From Actinomycetota bacterium (GTDB taxonomy: Bacteria > Actinomycetota > Acidimicrobiia > Acidimicrobiales > SZUA-35), in NCBI GenBank assembly GCA_039201605.1, contig JBCCRO010000004.1, positions 53,327 to 117,326 of the forward strand: a stretch of 64,000 nucleotides of DNA. The letters run 5' to 3'. Below the pieces are notes generated by a model. That model was not told the origin of the DNA. It searched no databases and saw only the letters and a program-made list of their open reading frames with translations. Shown here piece after piece: positions 17,482 through 26,950 of this stretch. Numbering within the stretch: position 1 is the stretch's first letter; each line of letters starts with the position of its first letter. Both the position numbers and the translations under genes were made by a program.

Positions 17482-19862
17482 GTGCCACGGCCTCACACCG
17501 GCGGCTGGAGCTGCGCTCCCTGACCACCCCCGACCTGCTGGAGCAGGCGGCGGGCAGACGGGACGACCTGTTCGGTCGGCGCATCACCTACTCGCCGAAG
17601 GTGTTCATCCCGTTGACGATGCTGTGCCGCGACCAGTGCGGCTACTGCACCTTCGCCCAGCCCCCGGCCCGGCTCGACCAGCCCTACCTCGCCCCCGAGG
17701 ACGTGCTCCGCGTCGCCCGGCAGGGTGCCCGACGGGGCTGCCACGAGGCGCTGTTCACCCTCGGCGAGCGGCCCGAGCTGCGCTACCCGGTGGCCAAGGC
17801 CTGGCTGGAGGAGCACGGCTACGGCTCCACCGTCGAGTACCTGGCCGCCATGGCCGAGCTGGTACTGACCGAGACCGGCATGCTCCCCCACGCCAACGCC
17901 GGCGCCCTCTACCCCGACGAGTTGGCCCTGCTCCGCACGGTGTCACCCAGCCAGGGGATGATGGTCGAGTCGCTGCGCGACGACCTCGACGCCCACCGCC
18001 GGGCTCCGGACAAGACACCCGAGCGTCGCCTGGCCACCCTGGAGTACGCCGGTGAGCTGGCCATCCCCTTCACCACCGGGATCCTTGTCGGTCTGGGCGA
18101 GAACGAGGACGATCGCATCGAGGCCCTGGAGGCCATCGCCGACAGCCACCGGCGCCACGGCCACATCCAGGAGGTGATCGTCCAGAACTTCCTGCCCAAG
18201 CCCGGCACCGCCATGTGGCGCAGCGAGCCGTGCCCCGACGAGGTCTACCACCGGGCCATCGCCCTGGCCCGCCTGATCCTGCCCGACGACGTCCACCTCC
18301 AGGCCCCGCCCAACCTGAGTGACGACTTCGGGGTGCTGCTCGACGCCGGCATCGACGACTGGGGCGGCGTGTCGCCGGTGACGGCCGACCACGTCAACCC
18401 CGAGCGGCCCTGGCCCGACCTCGACCGGCTGCGGGACATCACCGAGGGCCGGGGCTTCGCCATGGCCCCCCGCCTCACGATCTACCCCACCTACGCCCGC
18501 CGCCCCGACACCTGGCTGGACAAGGCCCTGCGGTTCCCGGTGCTCGACCGGTCGGACGCCGAGGGCCTGGGTCGCGACGATCCCGGGGCGGTCTTCCCCG
18601 AGAAGGCCGAGTTCATCAAGAAGGAGAACGCCGACGACGGGGCCGACGTCGTGCTCATCGGCGACCGATCGACCCAGTGGTACTCCGGCGCCCCGGTGCA
18701 GCCCGTCGACCTGATCACCGGTCGAGGCGAGGGCGTCAGATCGGGTCCGGTGGCCGAGGTGCTGGCCGGGGTCCGGGCCGGGCAGGAGCCGGGCTACGAC
18801 GAACTGCTCACGCTGTTCACCGCCCGAGGCCCCGAGGTGGCGGCGGTGGCGGCCGTGGCCGACGAGCTGCGGCAGGCCATCGTGGGCGACGACATCACCT
18901 ACGTCATCAACCGCAACATCAACTACACCAACGTCTGTACCTTCAAGTGCCGGTTCTGCGGGTTCTCCAAGGGGCCGCTCAGCCTCAACCTGCGGGGCAA
19001 GCCCTACCTCCTCACCCTGGAGGAGATGCAGGGCCGGGTGGTCGAGGCCTGGGACCAGGGCGCCACCGAGGTGTGTCTGCAAGGCGGCATCCACCCCGAC
19101 TTCGACGGTGACTACTACATCGACGTGTGCCGGGCGGTGAAGGAGGCGGCTCCCGACATCCACGTCCACGGGTTCACGGCGCTGGAGGTGACCGAGGGGG
19201 CCAAGCGGCTGGGCGAGCCGCTGGCCGACTACCTGCGCCGCTGCATGGACGCCGGGCTCCGCTCGCTGCCGGGCACGGCGGCCGAGATCCTCGACGATCC
19301 GATCCGCGACGTGCTCTGCCCCGACAAGCTGACCACCGAGGAGTGGCTGGAGGCCCATCGCACCGCCCACGCCGTCGGCCTCCGCTCGAACGTGACCATG
19401 ATGTTCGGCGCCGTCGAGGGGATCGAGAGCTGGGTCAAGCACCTGCTGCTCACCCGGGAGCTGCAGGCCGAGACCGGTGGCTTCACCGAGTTCGTCGGCC
19501 TGCCCTTCGTCCACATGGCCTCGCCGATCTACCTCCAGAAGCGGGCTCGGCGCGGTCCGACCTTCCGGGAGAACCTGCTCGTGCACGCCGTGGCCCGCAT
19601 CGCCTACCGGGGCTACATCGACAACATCCAGTCCGGCTGGGTGAAGATCGGGTTCGACAGCGTGCGGCAACTCCTCCAGGCCGGCTGCAACGACGTGGGC
19701 GGCACCCTGATGGACGAGAACATCTCCCGGGCCGCCGGCGCCAGCCACGGTCAGGGGGTGACCGAGGCCGACTTCGAGGACCTGGCGGCGTCGATCGGGC
19801 GCCGTCTGGTGCAGCGGACGACGCTGTACGGCCGGGTTGGGGAAGTACCCAACGCCGTGTAG
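17478..19862 (+). CDS. fbiC: Bifunctional FO synthase (7,8-didemethyl-8-hydroxy-5-deazariboflavin synthase, CofG+CofH fusion)
   Basis: The 794-aa ORF has two radical-SAM CxxxCxxC motifs, CRDQCGYC in the CofG half and CTFKCRFC in the CofH half. The overall layout matches FbiC. Confidence 0.93.
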   Translation: MSATASHRRLELRSLTTPDLLEQAAGRRDDLFGRRITYSPKVFIPLTMLCRDQCGYCTFAQPPARLDQPYLAPEDVLRVARQGARRGCHEALFTLGERPELRYPVAKAWLEEHGYGSTVEYLAAMAELVLTETGMLPHANAGALYPDELALLRTVSPSQGMMVESLRDDLDAHRRAPDKTPERRLATLEYAGELAIPFTTGILVGLGENEDDRIEALEAIADSHRRHGHIQEVIVQNFLPKPGTAMWRSEPCPDEVYHRAIALARLILPDDVHLQAPPNLSDDFGVLLDAGIDDWGGVSPVTADHVNPERPWPDLDRLRDITEGRGFAMAPRLTIYPTYARRPDTWLDKALRFPVLDRSDAEGLGRDDPGAVFPEKAEFIKKENADDGADVVLIGDRSTQWYSGAPVQPVDLITGRGEGVRSGPVAEVLAGVRAGQEPGYDELLTLFTARGPEVAAVAAVADELRQAIVGDDITYVINRNINYTNVCTFKCRFCGFSKGPLSLNLRGKPYLLTLEEMQGRVVEAWDQGATEVCLQGGIHPDFDGDYYIDVCRAVKEAAPDIHVHGFTALEVTEGAKRLGEPLADYLRRCMDAGLRSLPGTAAEILDDPIRDVLCPDKLTTEEWLEAHRTAHAVGLRSNVTMMFGAVEGIESWVKHLLLTRELQAETGGFTEFVGLPFVHMASPIYLQKRARRGPTFRENLLVHAVARIAYRGYIDNIQSGWVKIGFDSVRQLLQAGCNDVGGTLMDENISRAAGASHGQGVTEADFEDLAASIGRRLVQRTTLYGRVGEVPNAV

Positions 19863-19871
19863 ACACAGCCA

Positions 19872-20987
19872 ATGCCTGCTCCTCGCGCTCGGTCCATGTT
19901 CGACGATCAGGCGGTCGACGCCGCCCTGACCGAGGTGCTGTCCGTCGTCGGCAACGACGAGAACGACGACCTGGTCCGGGCCCTGCTCGTCACCGCGCTG
20001 GACATGGATCAGGCCGGCATCGACCGCCTGGAACTCAAGATCGCCTCCCAGGCCCTGGTCGAGATGCTCGACTCGTGGAAGGTGTTCTCCCTGGCCCGCA
20101 CCTCGCCCAAGGTGACGGTGTTCGGCTCGGCTCGGACCGCTCCCGATGAGGCGACCTACGAGCAGGCCTCCGAGCTCGGCAAGCTCATGGCCGACCACGG
20201 CTGGATGACCATCACCGGCGCCGGGCCCGGGATCATGACCGCCGCCATGGAGGGCGCCGGCCGAGAGCACTCCTTCGGGGTCAACATCGTCCTGCCCTTC
20301 GAGCAGGACGCCAACCCCGTCATCCACGGCGACCCGAAGCTGGCGGAATTCAAGTACTTCTTCACCCGGAAGCTGGCGTTCATGAAGGAGAGCGACGCCT
20401 TCGTGCTCTCCCCCGGCGGTTTCGGCACCCTGGACGAGGCCTTCGAGCTGCTCACCCTGATCCAGACCGGCAAGAGCTATCCGGTGCCGGTCGTCCTGCT
20501 CGACCCCCCGGGCTCCACCTACTGGAGCGGTTGGCGTTCCTTCGTCGAAGCCGAGCTGCTGGGCAACGGCATGATCTCCCCGGCCGACCTCGACATCTTC
20601 ACCCACACCCACGACGCCGCCGAGGCGGCCCAGCAGGTGTGCGCGTTCTACTCCTGCTACCACTCGCTCCGCTACGTGGGGAAGCGCCTGGTGCTCCGCC
20701 TGCAGCAGCAGCTCGACGAGGCTTCGCTGGCCACGCTCAACACCGAGTTCGCCGACATCGTCGTCGAGGGCCGGATCGAGCCGATCGAGACGACGTCGGC
20801 CGAGCGGAGCGACGACGATCACGTCGACCTGCCCCGACTCGGCTTTCGCTTCAACCAGCGGTCCTACGCCCGCCTGGTGGTGTTGATCCGCCGTATCAAC
20901 GAGCTCGCCGGGCGCCCGGGCGACCCGGTCCACGACCTGGTCCATGACGTCACCCCCGACGTCACCCCGGACACCGCCGAGGCCTGA
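19872..20987 (+). CDS. LOG-family (TIGR00730-like) nucleotide phosphoribohydrolase, long form with extra N- and C-terminal regions
   Basis: It has VFGSARTA, TGAGPGIMTAAMEGA and the PGGFGTLDEAFE (PGGxGTxxE) motif. The 371-aa length resembles the PpnN-like long type. Confidence 0.8.
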   Translation: MPAPRARSMFDDQAVDAALTEVLSVVGNDENDDLVRALLVTALDMDQAGIDRLELKIASQALVEMLDSWKVFSLARTSPKVTVFGSARTAPDEATYEQASELGKLMADHGWMTITGAGPGIMTAAMEGAGREHSFGVNIVLPFEQDANPVIHGDPKLAEFKYFFTRKLAFMKESDAFVLSPGGFGTLDEAFELLTLIQTGKSYPVPVVLLDPPGSTYWSGWRSFVEAELLGNGMISPADLDIFTHTHDAAEAAQQVCAFYSCYHSLRYVGKRLVLRLQQQLDEASLATLNTEFADIVVEGRIEPIETTSAERSDDDHVDLPRLGFRFNQRSYARLVVLIRRINELAGRPGDPVHDLVHDVTPDVTPDTAEA

Positions 20988-21033
20988 GCCCCACGGCTCC
21001 CTCGGCGGCCTGGTCGCGATCCCGCCCGCCGTG

Positions 21034-21417
21034 TCAGCGGGCGGCGAGCGCTTCGATCTCGAGCAGCCACCGCTCGTCGAAGATCCCGGTGATGATCACG
21101 GTCAGCGCCGGAGTGTGCTCGCCGAGCGCCCGCCGCCGGGCCGCCCGATTGGCCAGATTGTGGATTCGGGACGACAAGAACGTCGTCACCTTCACCAGCT
21201 CGGCCACGCCCATGTCGGCCGCCTCCAGCTGGGCCATGACGTTGGCCCAGGCCAGGTCGGCCTGCTCGTCGAAGGTCGGGGGCACGACGCCGTCGGCCGT
21301 CTCCGGGATCTGGCCGCTGATCAGCAGCCACTCGTCGGCCCCGGTGACGAGGGCGGCCTGGGCGTAGCCGCCGGCCGGTGTCGGGGTGCCTGCGGCGTTG
21401 ATCGGTCTGTGCAGCAT
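21034..21417 (-). CDS. RidA/YjgF family protein
   Basis: PAGGYAQAALVTGADEWLLISGQIP...VKVTTFL...PALTVIITG...LLEIEALAAR. I moved the start to the ATG at 21417. Confidence 0.85.
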   Translation of the reverse strand: MLHRPINAAGTPTPAGGYAQAALVTGADEWLLISGQIPETADGVVPPTFDEQADLAWANVMAQLEAADMGVAELVKVTTFLSSRIHNLANRAARRRALGEHTPALTVIITGIFDERWLLEIEALAAR

Positions 21418-21529
21418 GTGAGGTCTCCGGGTCGAGGGGATGGTCGAGGTCCGATGATCGCCCGGATGTCGCCGTCGATGGGCCTGAAATCGACGGTGAA
21501 TGTGGCTGAATGGCGGCATACTGCCGGTG

Positions 21530-22006
21530 ATGGACGATATCGACCGCAAGATCATCGAGGTGTTGGCGGGAGACGGGCGCCTCCCGGCCACCGAGCTCAG
21601 CCGACGGGTCGGGTTGAGCACCTCGGCCACCAACGAGCGTCTCCGGCGACTGACGGCCTCGCCCGTCATCCGTCGGTTCACCGTCGAGATCGATCAGGCG
21701 GCGGTCGGGCGGCCGATGACCGTCTTCATCGACCTCAGGCTCCGGCGCGACGTCGACAAGTCGAGCGCCGATGCGGCCCTCCTCGGCCTGGAGCAGATCG
21801 TGGACGCTCGGCACGTGACCGGCCGCTACGACTACCAGCTGCAGGCCGCCGCCACCGACGTCGAGGATCTCGACCGGCTTCTCGAGCGACTTCGGGACGA
21901 AGCGGGCGCCGACGAGACCATGACCCGACTGGCGCTGCGTACCGTGCCGGGGTTCCCCCGGCCGCCGACCTTGCCCGGCGGTGGCCGATCGACGGGACGC
22001 ACCTAG
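21530..22006 (+). CDS. Lrp/AsnC family transcriptional regulator
   Basis: MDDIDRKIIEVLAGDGRLPATELSRRVGLSTSATNERLRRL, followed by an AsnC-type ligand-binding domain. Confidence 0.88.
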   Translation: MDDIDRKIIEVLAGDGRLPATELSRRVGLSTSATNERLRRLTASPVIRRFTVEIDQAAVGRPMTVFIDLRLRRDVDKSSADAALLGLEQIVDARHVTGRYDYQLQAAATDVEDLDRLLERLRDEAGADETMTRLALRTVPGFPRPPTLPGGGRSTGRT

Positions 22007-22272
22007 GCGCCGTCGAGGGCGCGCACCGCCTTCTCCACCGCCCGACGGGCCTGCGTGAGCTGTTTCTCCAGCGGCGGACGGGAGGTCGCGCCCTCGTCGA
22101 CCGCCTCCCGCAGCACGTCGATCGCCAGCTCGGCCAACTGCTCGCTCAGGTTCTCGAGGTCCTGTCGGATGTCGCTGACACGATCGTTCACGGTGGTCGT
22201 CCGGTCCGGGGCCTGGGCCGCGCCGTGGCACAACGACTCGGCGATCGTCCCATCGAGGCGGGGCACCGACAA
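22003..22272 (-). CDS. Small helical hypothetical protein
   Basis: The helical core is VNDRVSDIRQDLENLSEQLAELAIDVLREAV...LTQARRAVEKAVRALDGA. The longest ORF starts at a TTG at 22272, but GTG at 22191 (62 aa) is at least as plausible. Confidence 0.5.
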   Translation of the reverse strand: MSVPRLDGTIAESLCHGAAQAPDRTTTVNDRVSDIRQDLENLSEQLAELAIDVLREAVDEGATSRPPLEKQLTQARRAVEKAVRALDGA

Positions 22273-22286
22273 GGTAGCCTGCTCCA

Positions 22287-22997
22287 GTGCCCGATGCTCA
22301 CGGCGAACGCCAGTGGTTGGAACTGATCGACGCCGACGGCGCCACCTGGTTGTTCGACGTCGCCTTCCTGCTCTCCGACTACCGCTGCATCTACGGCGAG
22401 GGCTGCCGGTCGATCGAACCGGAGCCCGATCCCACCGAGACGATCGGCTGTTGCAGCCACGGCGCCCACTTCATCGACAAGGACGATCGCCGTGAGGTGC
22501 TCGAGGCCGCGGCCCGGCTGCGGCCCGATCAGTGGCAGTACTACGACCGGGCCATGGAGCGGGGCGGCCCCCTCAAGAAGCGCTCGGGCGACTGGACCAC
22601 CCGCAAGGCCGACGGCGCCTGCATCTTCCTGAACCGGGACGGCTTCGAGGGCGGCAGCGGCTGTGCCCTGCACATCGGGGCCCTCGAGGCCGGGGAGCGC
22701 CCCCTCGACTGGAAGCCCCAGGTGTGCTGGCAGGTGCCGATCCGCCTCGACGTCCACACCGACGACTATGGGCACGAGACCGTGATGGTCCGGGCCTGGC
22801 AGCGGCGCGACTGGGGCCCGGGGGGCGATGATTTCAACTGGTGGTGCACCGAGTCGCCCGACGCCCACATCGGTGCCGACCCGTTCTACGTCACGGCGGC
22901 CGAGGAGCTCGAAGAGCTGATCGGGTCCGATCTCTACCAGCGGCTCGTGGCCAGCCTTCAGCGCCGGAGGACCGAGACACCGGTCCGACTGGGATGA
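22287..22997 (+). CDS. Conserved Cys-rich hypothetical protein
   Basis: The 236-aa ORF starts at a GTG. It carries clustered Cys motifs (YRCIYGEGC, GCCSHGAHF, GACIFLN, GSGCALH, QVCWQVP), and its stop overlaps the ClC gene start in an ATGA. Confidence 0.65.
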   Translation: MPDAHGERQWLELIDADGATWLFDVAFLLSDYRCIYGEGCRSIEPEPDPTETIGCCSHGAHFIDKDDRREVLEAAARLRPDQWQYYDRAMERGGPLKKRSGDWTTRKADGACIFLNRDGFEGGSGCALHIGALEAGERPLDWKPQVCWQVPIRLDVHTDDYGHETVMVRAWQRRDWGPGGDDFNWWCTESPDAHIGADPFYVTAAEELEELIGSDLYQRLVASLQRRRTETPVRLG

Positions 22998-24745
22998 GCG
23001 GCCGCTCGTCGGGTCTCTCCCTCTCCGATCGCCGAGCCGCCATCCGGCGCTGGCTCGATCAGTTCGCCAGCGAGGCGGCCAACTCGAAGCTTCTGGCGGC
23101 GTCGGCCGGCGTCGGCGTTGCGGTGGGACTTCTCGTCGCCCTCCTGGAGTGGATCGTCATCGAGGTGGTCCTCCACGCCGTCCTCAACTGGCCGTTGTGG
23201 ATCCAGGTCTTCGCCCCGCTGGTCGGCCTGCTGTTGGCCCAGGCCATGCTGCGGGTGGTCCGGGGCGGACTCTCCCCGGCCACGTCGGAGGAGTACATCC
23301 GACAGTTCCACGCCCGACACCCGTCGTTCCCGATCCCGGAGGTGGCGGCCCGGTTGGCGGCCGGGGTGTCGACGATCGGCCTGGGGGGCGCCGTCGGGTT
23401 GGAGGGTCCGTCGATCTACCTCGGCGGTGCCACCGGCAGCTCGTTCTACAAGCGGTTGGAGGACCAGCTCGGCCGGGGCGCGGCCCAGCAGCTGATCACC
23501 GCCGGCGCCGCCGCCGGTGTGGCCGCCGTGTTCCAGGCGCCGGCCACCGGGGTGGTGTTCGCCATGGAGGCCCCCTATCGCGACGACGTGGCCCACCGGG
23601 CGCTCCTGCCCTCGCTGGTGGCGGCAGCCGCCAGCTTCCTCACCTTCGCCGCCATCCCCTTCGTCCACCACGGTTCGGTGGTCGACTTCGCCTTCGACCG
23701 CAGCGTCGACTCCGCCGAGCTGCTGGGCGCCGTCGCCCTCGGCATCGGCGCCGGTCTCGGTGGCCGGCTGTTCGCCTGGTTCGTGCGCAAGGCCAAGATC
23801 CTGTCGAAGCATGTGTCGCCCTGGCTGGCGGCCGGCGTCGGCGGCCTGATCCTGGGCGCCCTGGCCCTGTGGTCGGCTCAGGTGTTCGGTGAGCCGCTGA
23901 CCCTCGGGCCCGGGGTGACCGCCCTCGACTGGCTGTCCTCCGACAGCTCGCTGCGGCTGATCGTCGCCCTCTTCTTCTTCCGGGCCGTCGCCACCCTGGT
24001 CTCGGTCGGAGCCGGCGGGGTCGGCGGTCTGTTCATCCCCCTCGCCGTCCAGGGCGTGCTGCTGGGCCGGGTGGTGGGCGAGGCCCTCGACCGGCTCGGT
24101 CTCGGCTCGGCCGAGGACGCCCGACTGTGGCCGATCCTCGGTCTGGCCGCCTTCCTCGCCGCCGGCTACCGCACGCCGATCGCGGCGGTGATGTTCGTGG
24201 CCGAGTCGGCCAGCGGGGCCGCCGTGGTGCCCGCTCTGGTCGCCGCCGCCGTCTCCCAGTTGGTGGCCGGAGCCTCGTCGGTGTCGGCGGCGCAGCGGGA
24301 GGAGCGGCTCGGCGGTCTGGAGAGCCGACTGGCCCTGCCCGTCGGCTCGGTGATCGAGACCGACGTGCTCACCGTGCCGCCCGACGCCTCGATCTCGGAG
24401 TTCGTCTGGTTCCACGCTCTCGGTCAGCGTCAGCCCGTCGTGCCCGTGGTCGACGGCAGCCGCTACCTCGGGCTGTGCTCGGTCCACGACGCCACCCGCA
24501 TCGACCGGGCCGACTGGGACGACACCAAGGTCACCGAGATCATGGACACCGACGCCCCAACCGGCCATCCGTGGTGGACGCTGCGCGACGCAGTGGCTGC
24601 GCTGGGGCGGAGCCGCCGGGATCTCATGGCGGTGACCGACACCAAGGACTCGTTCGTGGGCGTGGTGCGCGACGACGAGATCGTCAAGCTCGGGGAGATT
24701 CTGGTTGAGACCGAACCGTCGGACTCGGAGCCGACGGACGGTTAG
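22994..24745 (+). CDS. ClC-type chloride channel/antiporter with C-terminal CBS pair
   Basis: It has GLGGAVGLEGPSIYLG (the GxEGP selectivity motif), GGLFIP and multiple TM helices. The C-terminal region resembles a CBS pair (VLTVPPDASISEF...VVDGSRYLGLCS..., ...MAVTDTKDSFVGVVRDDEI). I moved the start to the ATG at 22994. Confidence 0.88.
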   Translation: MSGRSSGLSLSDRRAAIRRWLDQFASEAANSKLLAASAGVGVAVGLLVALLEWIVIEVVLHAVLNWPLWIQVFAPLVGLLLAQAMLRVVRGGLSPATSEEYIRQFHARHPSFPIPEVAARLAAGVSTIGLGGAVGLEGPSIYLGGATGSSFYKRLEDQLGRGAAQQLITAGAAAGVAAVFQAPATGVVFAMEAPYRDDVAHRALLPSLVAAAASFLTFAAIPFVHHGSVVDFAFDRSVDSAELLGAVALGIGAGLGGRLFAWFVRKAKILSKHVSPWLAAGVGGLILGALALWSAQVFGEPLTLGPGVTALDWLSSDSSLRLIVALFFFRAVATLVSVGAGGVGGLFIPLAVQGVLLGRVVGEALDRLGLGSAEDARLWPILGLAAFLAAGYRTPIAAVMFVAESASGAAVVPALVAAAVSQLVAGASSVSAAQREERLGGLESRLALPVGSVIETDVLTVPPDASISEFVWFHALGQRQPVVPVVDGSRYLGLCSVHDATRIDRADWDDTKVTEIMDTDAPTGHPWWTLRDAVAALGRSRRDLMAVTDTKDSFVGVVRDDEIVKLGEILVETEPSDSEPTDG

Positions 24746-24778
24746 CCGCCCCTGATCGGGGCGGCGGGCACAAGGCCG

Positions 24779-24958
24779 CTAGTCGACCGGCTCGGACTCC
24801 TCGTCGTAGTCCTCGTCGTACCGCTGAGCCTCGGAGGTGGTCGGCAGGTCGAAGGGATCCTCATCGAGTCGGTCCATAAGCGACTCGATGTCATCCCCAT
24901 CAGACGAACGCTTCAGCGCTCGCGCCTCTTCGTACCGACGATGACGCCCCTTCTTCAT
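24779..24958 (-). CDS. Small protein with a basic N-terminus and an acidic C-terminus
   Basis: MKKGRHRRYEEARALKRSSDGDDIESLMDRLDEDPFDLP...DEDYDEESEPVD. An AGGAG lies 7 nt upstream of the ATG at 24958. Confidence 0.6.
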   Translation of the reverse strand: MKKGRHRRYEEARALKRSSDGDDIESLMDRLDEDPFDLPTTSEAQRYDEDYDEESEPVD

Positions 24959-25080
24959 GGGACACTCCTGAAATATGGCTGGGCTGAGGCGTTGTTCCAC
25001 CTGTCCTCAGCGCTCGCGTAGTGTCTCTAGTCTAGGAGTTTTCGCAGCCAGTTGGCGAATGGTCGCGAATACTCACGAAG

Positions 25081-25102
25081 TAGCCGAAATCCGAGTCGGC
25101 TA
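25081..25102 (-). terminator. Hairpin downstream of rnd (stem tagccga/tcggcta, 8-nt loop)
   Basis: This is a 7-bp perfect inverted repeat 18 nt past the rnd stop codon, with no clear U-tract. Confidence 0.3.
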
Positions 25103-25119
25103 GGGCCCGTGTCGGCGGT

Positions 25120-26274
25120 CTACAGCGCTTTGCCGCTGCGCGCCTCGAGCACCAACTGGCCGTCTCCATCGAAGGCGACGGCCGCCTGACCGGCCACGAG
25201 CTGGGCGATCGGGGCCCCCGCCAGGTCGGCCCGCCAGCCGTGCTGGAGGCGGCTTTCCGGGTCTCCCTTGAGCAGGGCCTCCACATCGGCCCTGGTGGCC
25301 AGATGGGCCGGATCGAGCTTGTGGTCGCGGGCCAACTGGCTGATCCAGGCCGTCACCAGCGACACGACCGGCCGCAGATGCTTCGGCAGCTCGGGTGAGC
25401 GGGGCGGACGTCCCTCCTCGGCCTTCATCCGCTGGCCGAACTGGACGGCGGTGATGATCTCCTGTCCGGCGCCGTTGCGGAGGTGTCGGCCGTCGACACC
25501 CCGGAGGCCGTTCAGCTGCTTGGCATCGGAGGGGGCCCGCTGGGCCACGGCCACCACGCCGAGGTCGGACAGGACCTGGCGGACGGGGATGTCGATCTCG
25601 GCCGCCCGTCGTTCACGCCAGGCGGCGACGGCGGTGGCGATGCGGTACGACTCGCCCTTGAGGGACCGGGCCTCCTTGATACGGCCGATCGCCTCCTCGG
25701 GCACCCGGCGGTTCCGGGGTCGCTCCCGCATCAAGGCGCTCTCCTCGAAGGCCCACTCCAGTCGACCGGCGGCCATGAGCTGGCGCTGGATCTCGTCGGT
25801 CAGGGCCAGCAGGTGCTCGACGTCGGCCGCGGCGTAGCGGAGCTGATCCTCGGTGAGGGGCCGCTGGAGCCAATCGGTGAGGCGGTCGCCCTTGGGCAGG
25901 CTGACGTTGCAGTAGCGGTCGAGCAGCGATTTGAGCGAGCCGTTGCTCAGGCCGAGGAAGCCGGCGGCGATCTGGGTGTCGAACAGCTCGGTCGGCACGG
26001 TGCCGGTGACCAGATCGAGCACTTCGAGATCCTGCACCCCGGCGTGGACCACGCACAGACCCGGCCCGTCGAGCAGCTTGGCCAGCGGCTTGAGGTCGAC
26101 GGCGAGGGGGTCGATCAGGGCCAGACCACCGTCCCAGGCGATCTGGATCAGGGCGGCCTGAGGGAAGTACGTCCGCTCCCGATGGAACTCGGTGTCGATG
26201 GCGTAGCGGTCGGCATCGACCACCCTGGCCATCAATTCATCCAACTCGGAGGCGGTCTGGACCAGCAAAGGCAT
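25120..26274 (-). CDS. rnd: Ribonuclease D
   Basis: The DEDDy exonuclease motifs are present (AIDTEFHRERTYFPQAALIQI, HAGVQDLEVL, YAAADVEHL), followed by an HRDC-like region. Confidence 0.9.
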   Translation of the reverse strand: MPLLVQTASELDELMARVVDADRYAIDTEFHRERTYFPQAALIQIAWDGGLALIDPLAVDLKPLAKLLDGPGLCVVHAGVQDLEVLDLVTGTVPTELFDTQIAAGFLGLSNGSLKSLLDRYCNVSLPKGDRLTDWLQRPLTEDQLRYAAADVEHLLALTDEIQRQLMAAGRLEWAFEESALMRERPRNRRVPEEAIGRIKEARSLKGESYRIATAVAAWRERRAAEIDIPVRQVLSDLGVVAVAQRAPSDAKQLNGLRGVDGRHLRNGAGQEIITAVQFGQRMKAEEGRPPRSPELPKHLRPVVSLVTAWISQLARDHKLDPAHLATRADVEALLKGDPESRLQHGWRADLAGAPIAQLVAGQAAVAFDGDGQLVLEARSGKAL

Positions 26275-26350
26275 TACGTCGAGCCTAAGTCAGTGGCGGC
26301 CAAGGTGCACCCACGGTGAACATCCGACGATCCTTCGGTGGCGACGGGGC

Positions 26351-26950
26351 CTACTCGCCGTCGCCACCGAGGCGGTCGAGCTCGTCCCGGGTGTCGGCGT
26401 CGAGCAGCGCCTCGGGGGCCAGATCGACCGCGGTCCAGGGCCCGACGTCGAGGGCGGACCGCCAGGCCCGCTCGCCGGCCGAGAACCGGCGTTGCACCTC
26501 CCGGCCCCACGCCCCGGGCCAGCACCCCACGCTCGGTTGGGGCCGTCCCTCGACCCGGGCGACGGCGGCCCGGGCCCCGCCGTCGGTGGCGGTGACCAGG
26601 GGCGACAGGTGCTCGCCCCGCAACAGCGGGAGGTCGCACGGCGTCACCAGGACCAGACCGGTGGCGGCCCAACCGAGCACGGTGGCCAGTCCGCCGAGCG
26701 GTCCCTCCCCCGGGCTGCGATCGGCGATCACGGGAAGGCCGAGGGCGGGGCCGGCGGTGCCGCCGACGGCGACGACCGGGTCGGCTCCGGCATCGCGCAG
26801 GGCGTCGGCCACCCGGCGGCCCATGGGCACGCCGTCGATCAGCGCCAGTGCCTTGTCGCTGCCGAAGCGGCTCGATCGCCCCCCGCAGAGGACGGCGCCG
26901 ACCAGGGTGGGCACCGCCGACGGCCCCGGGCCGTCGCTCAGGGTCGCCAC
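26351..26950 (-). CDS. mobA: Molybdenum cofactor guanylyltransferase
   Basis: LVGAVLCGGRSSRFGSDKALALIDGVPM...LVTPCDLPLL. The start is GTG at 26950, which overlaps the DUF3151 3' end by 13 nt, or GTG at 26917. The rest of the 353-aa track ORF is spurious. Confidence 0.8.
   Translation of the reverse strand: MATLSDGPGPSAVPTLVGAVLCGGRSSRFGSDKALALIDGVPMGRRVADALRDAGADPVVAVGGTAGPALGLPVIADRSPGEGPLGGLATVLGWAATGLVLVTPCDLPLLRGEHLSPLVTATDGGARAAVARVEGRPQPSVGCWPGAWGREVQRRFSAGERAWRSALDVGPWTAVDLAPEALLDADTRDELDRLGGDGE

Noticed and set aside
24959-25119. The moderately AT-rich 160-nt gap with a hairpin (ctgagg-n15-cctcag), as a possible small RNA or riboswitch.
   Set aside because: It is explained well enough as the promoter and 5' leader of the small basic/acidic protein gene plus the rnd terminator hairpin. 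I recognised no conserved riboswitch motif.
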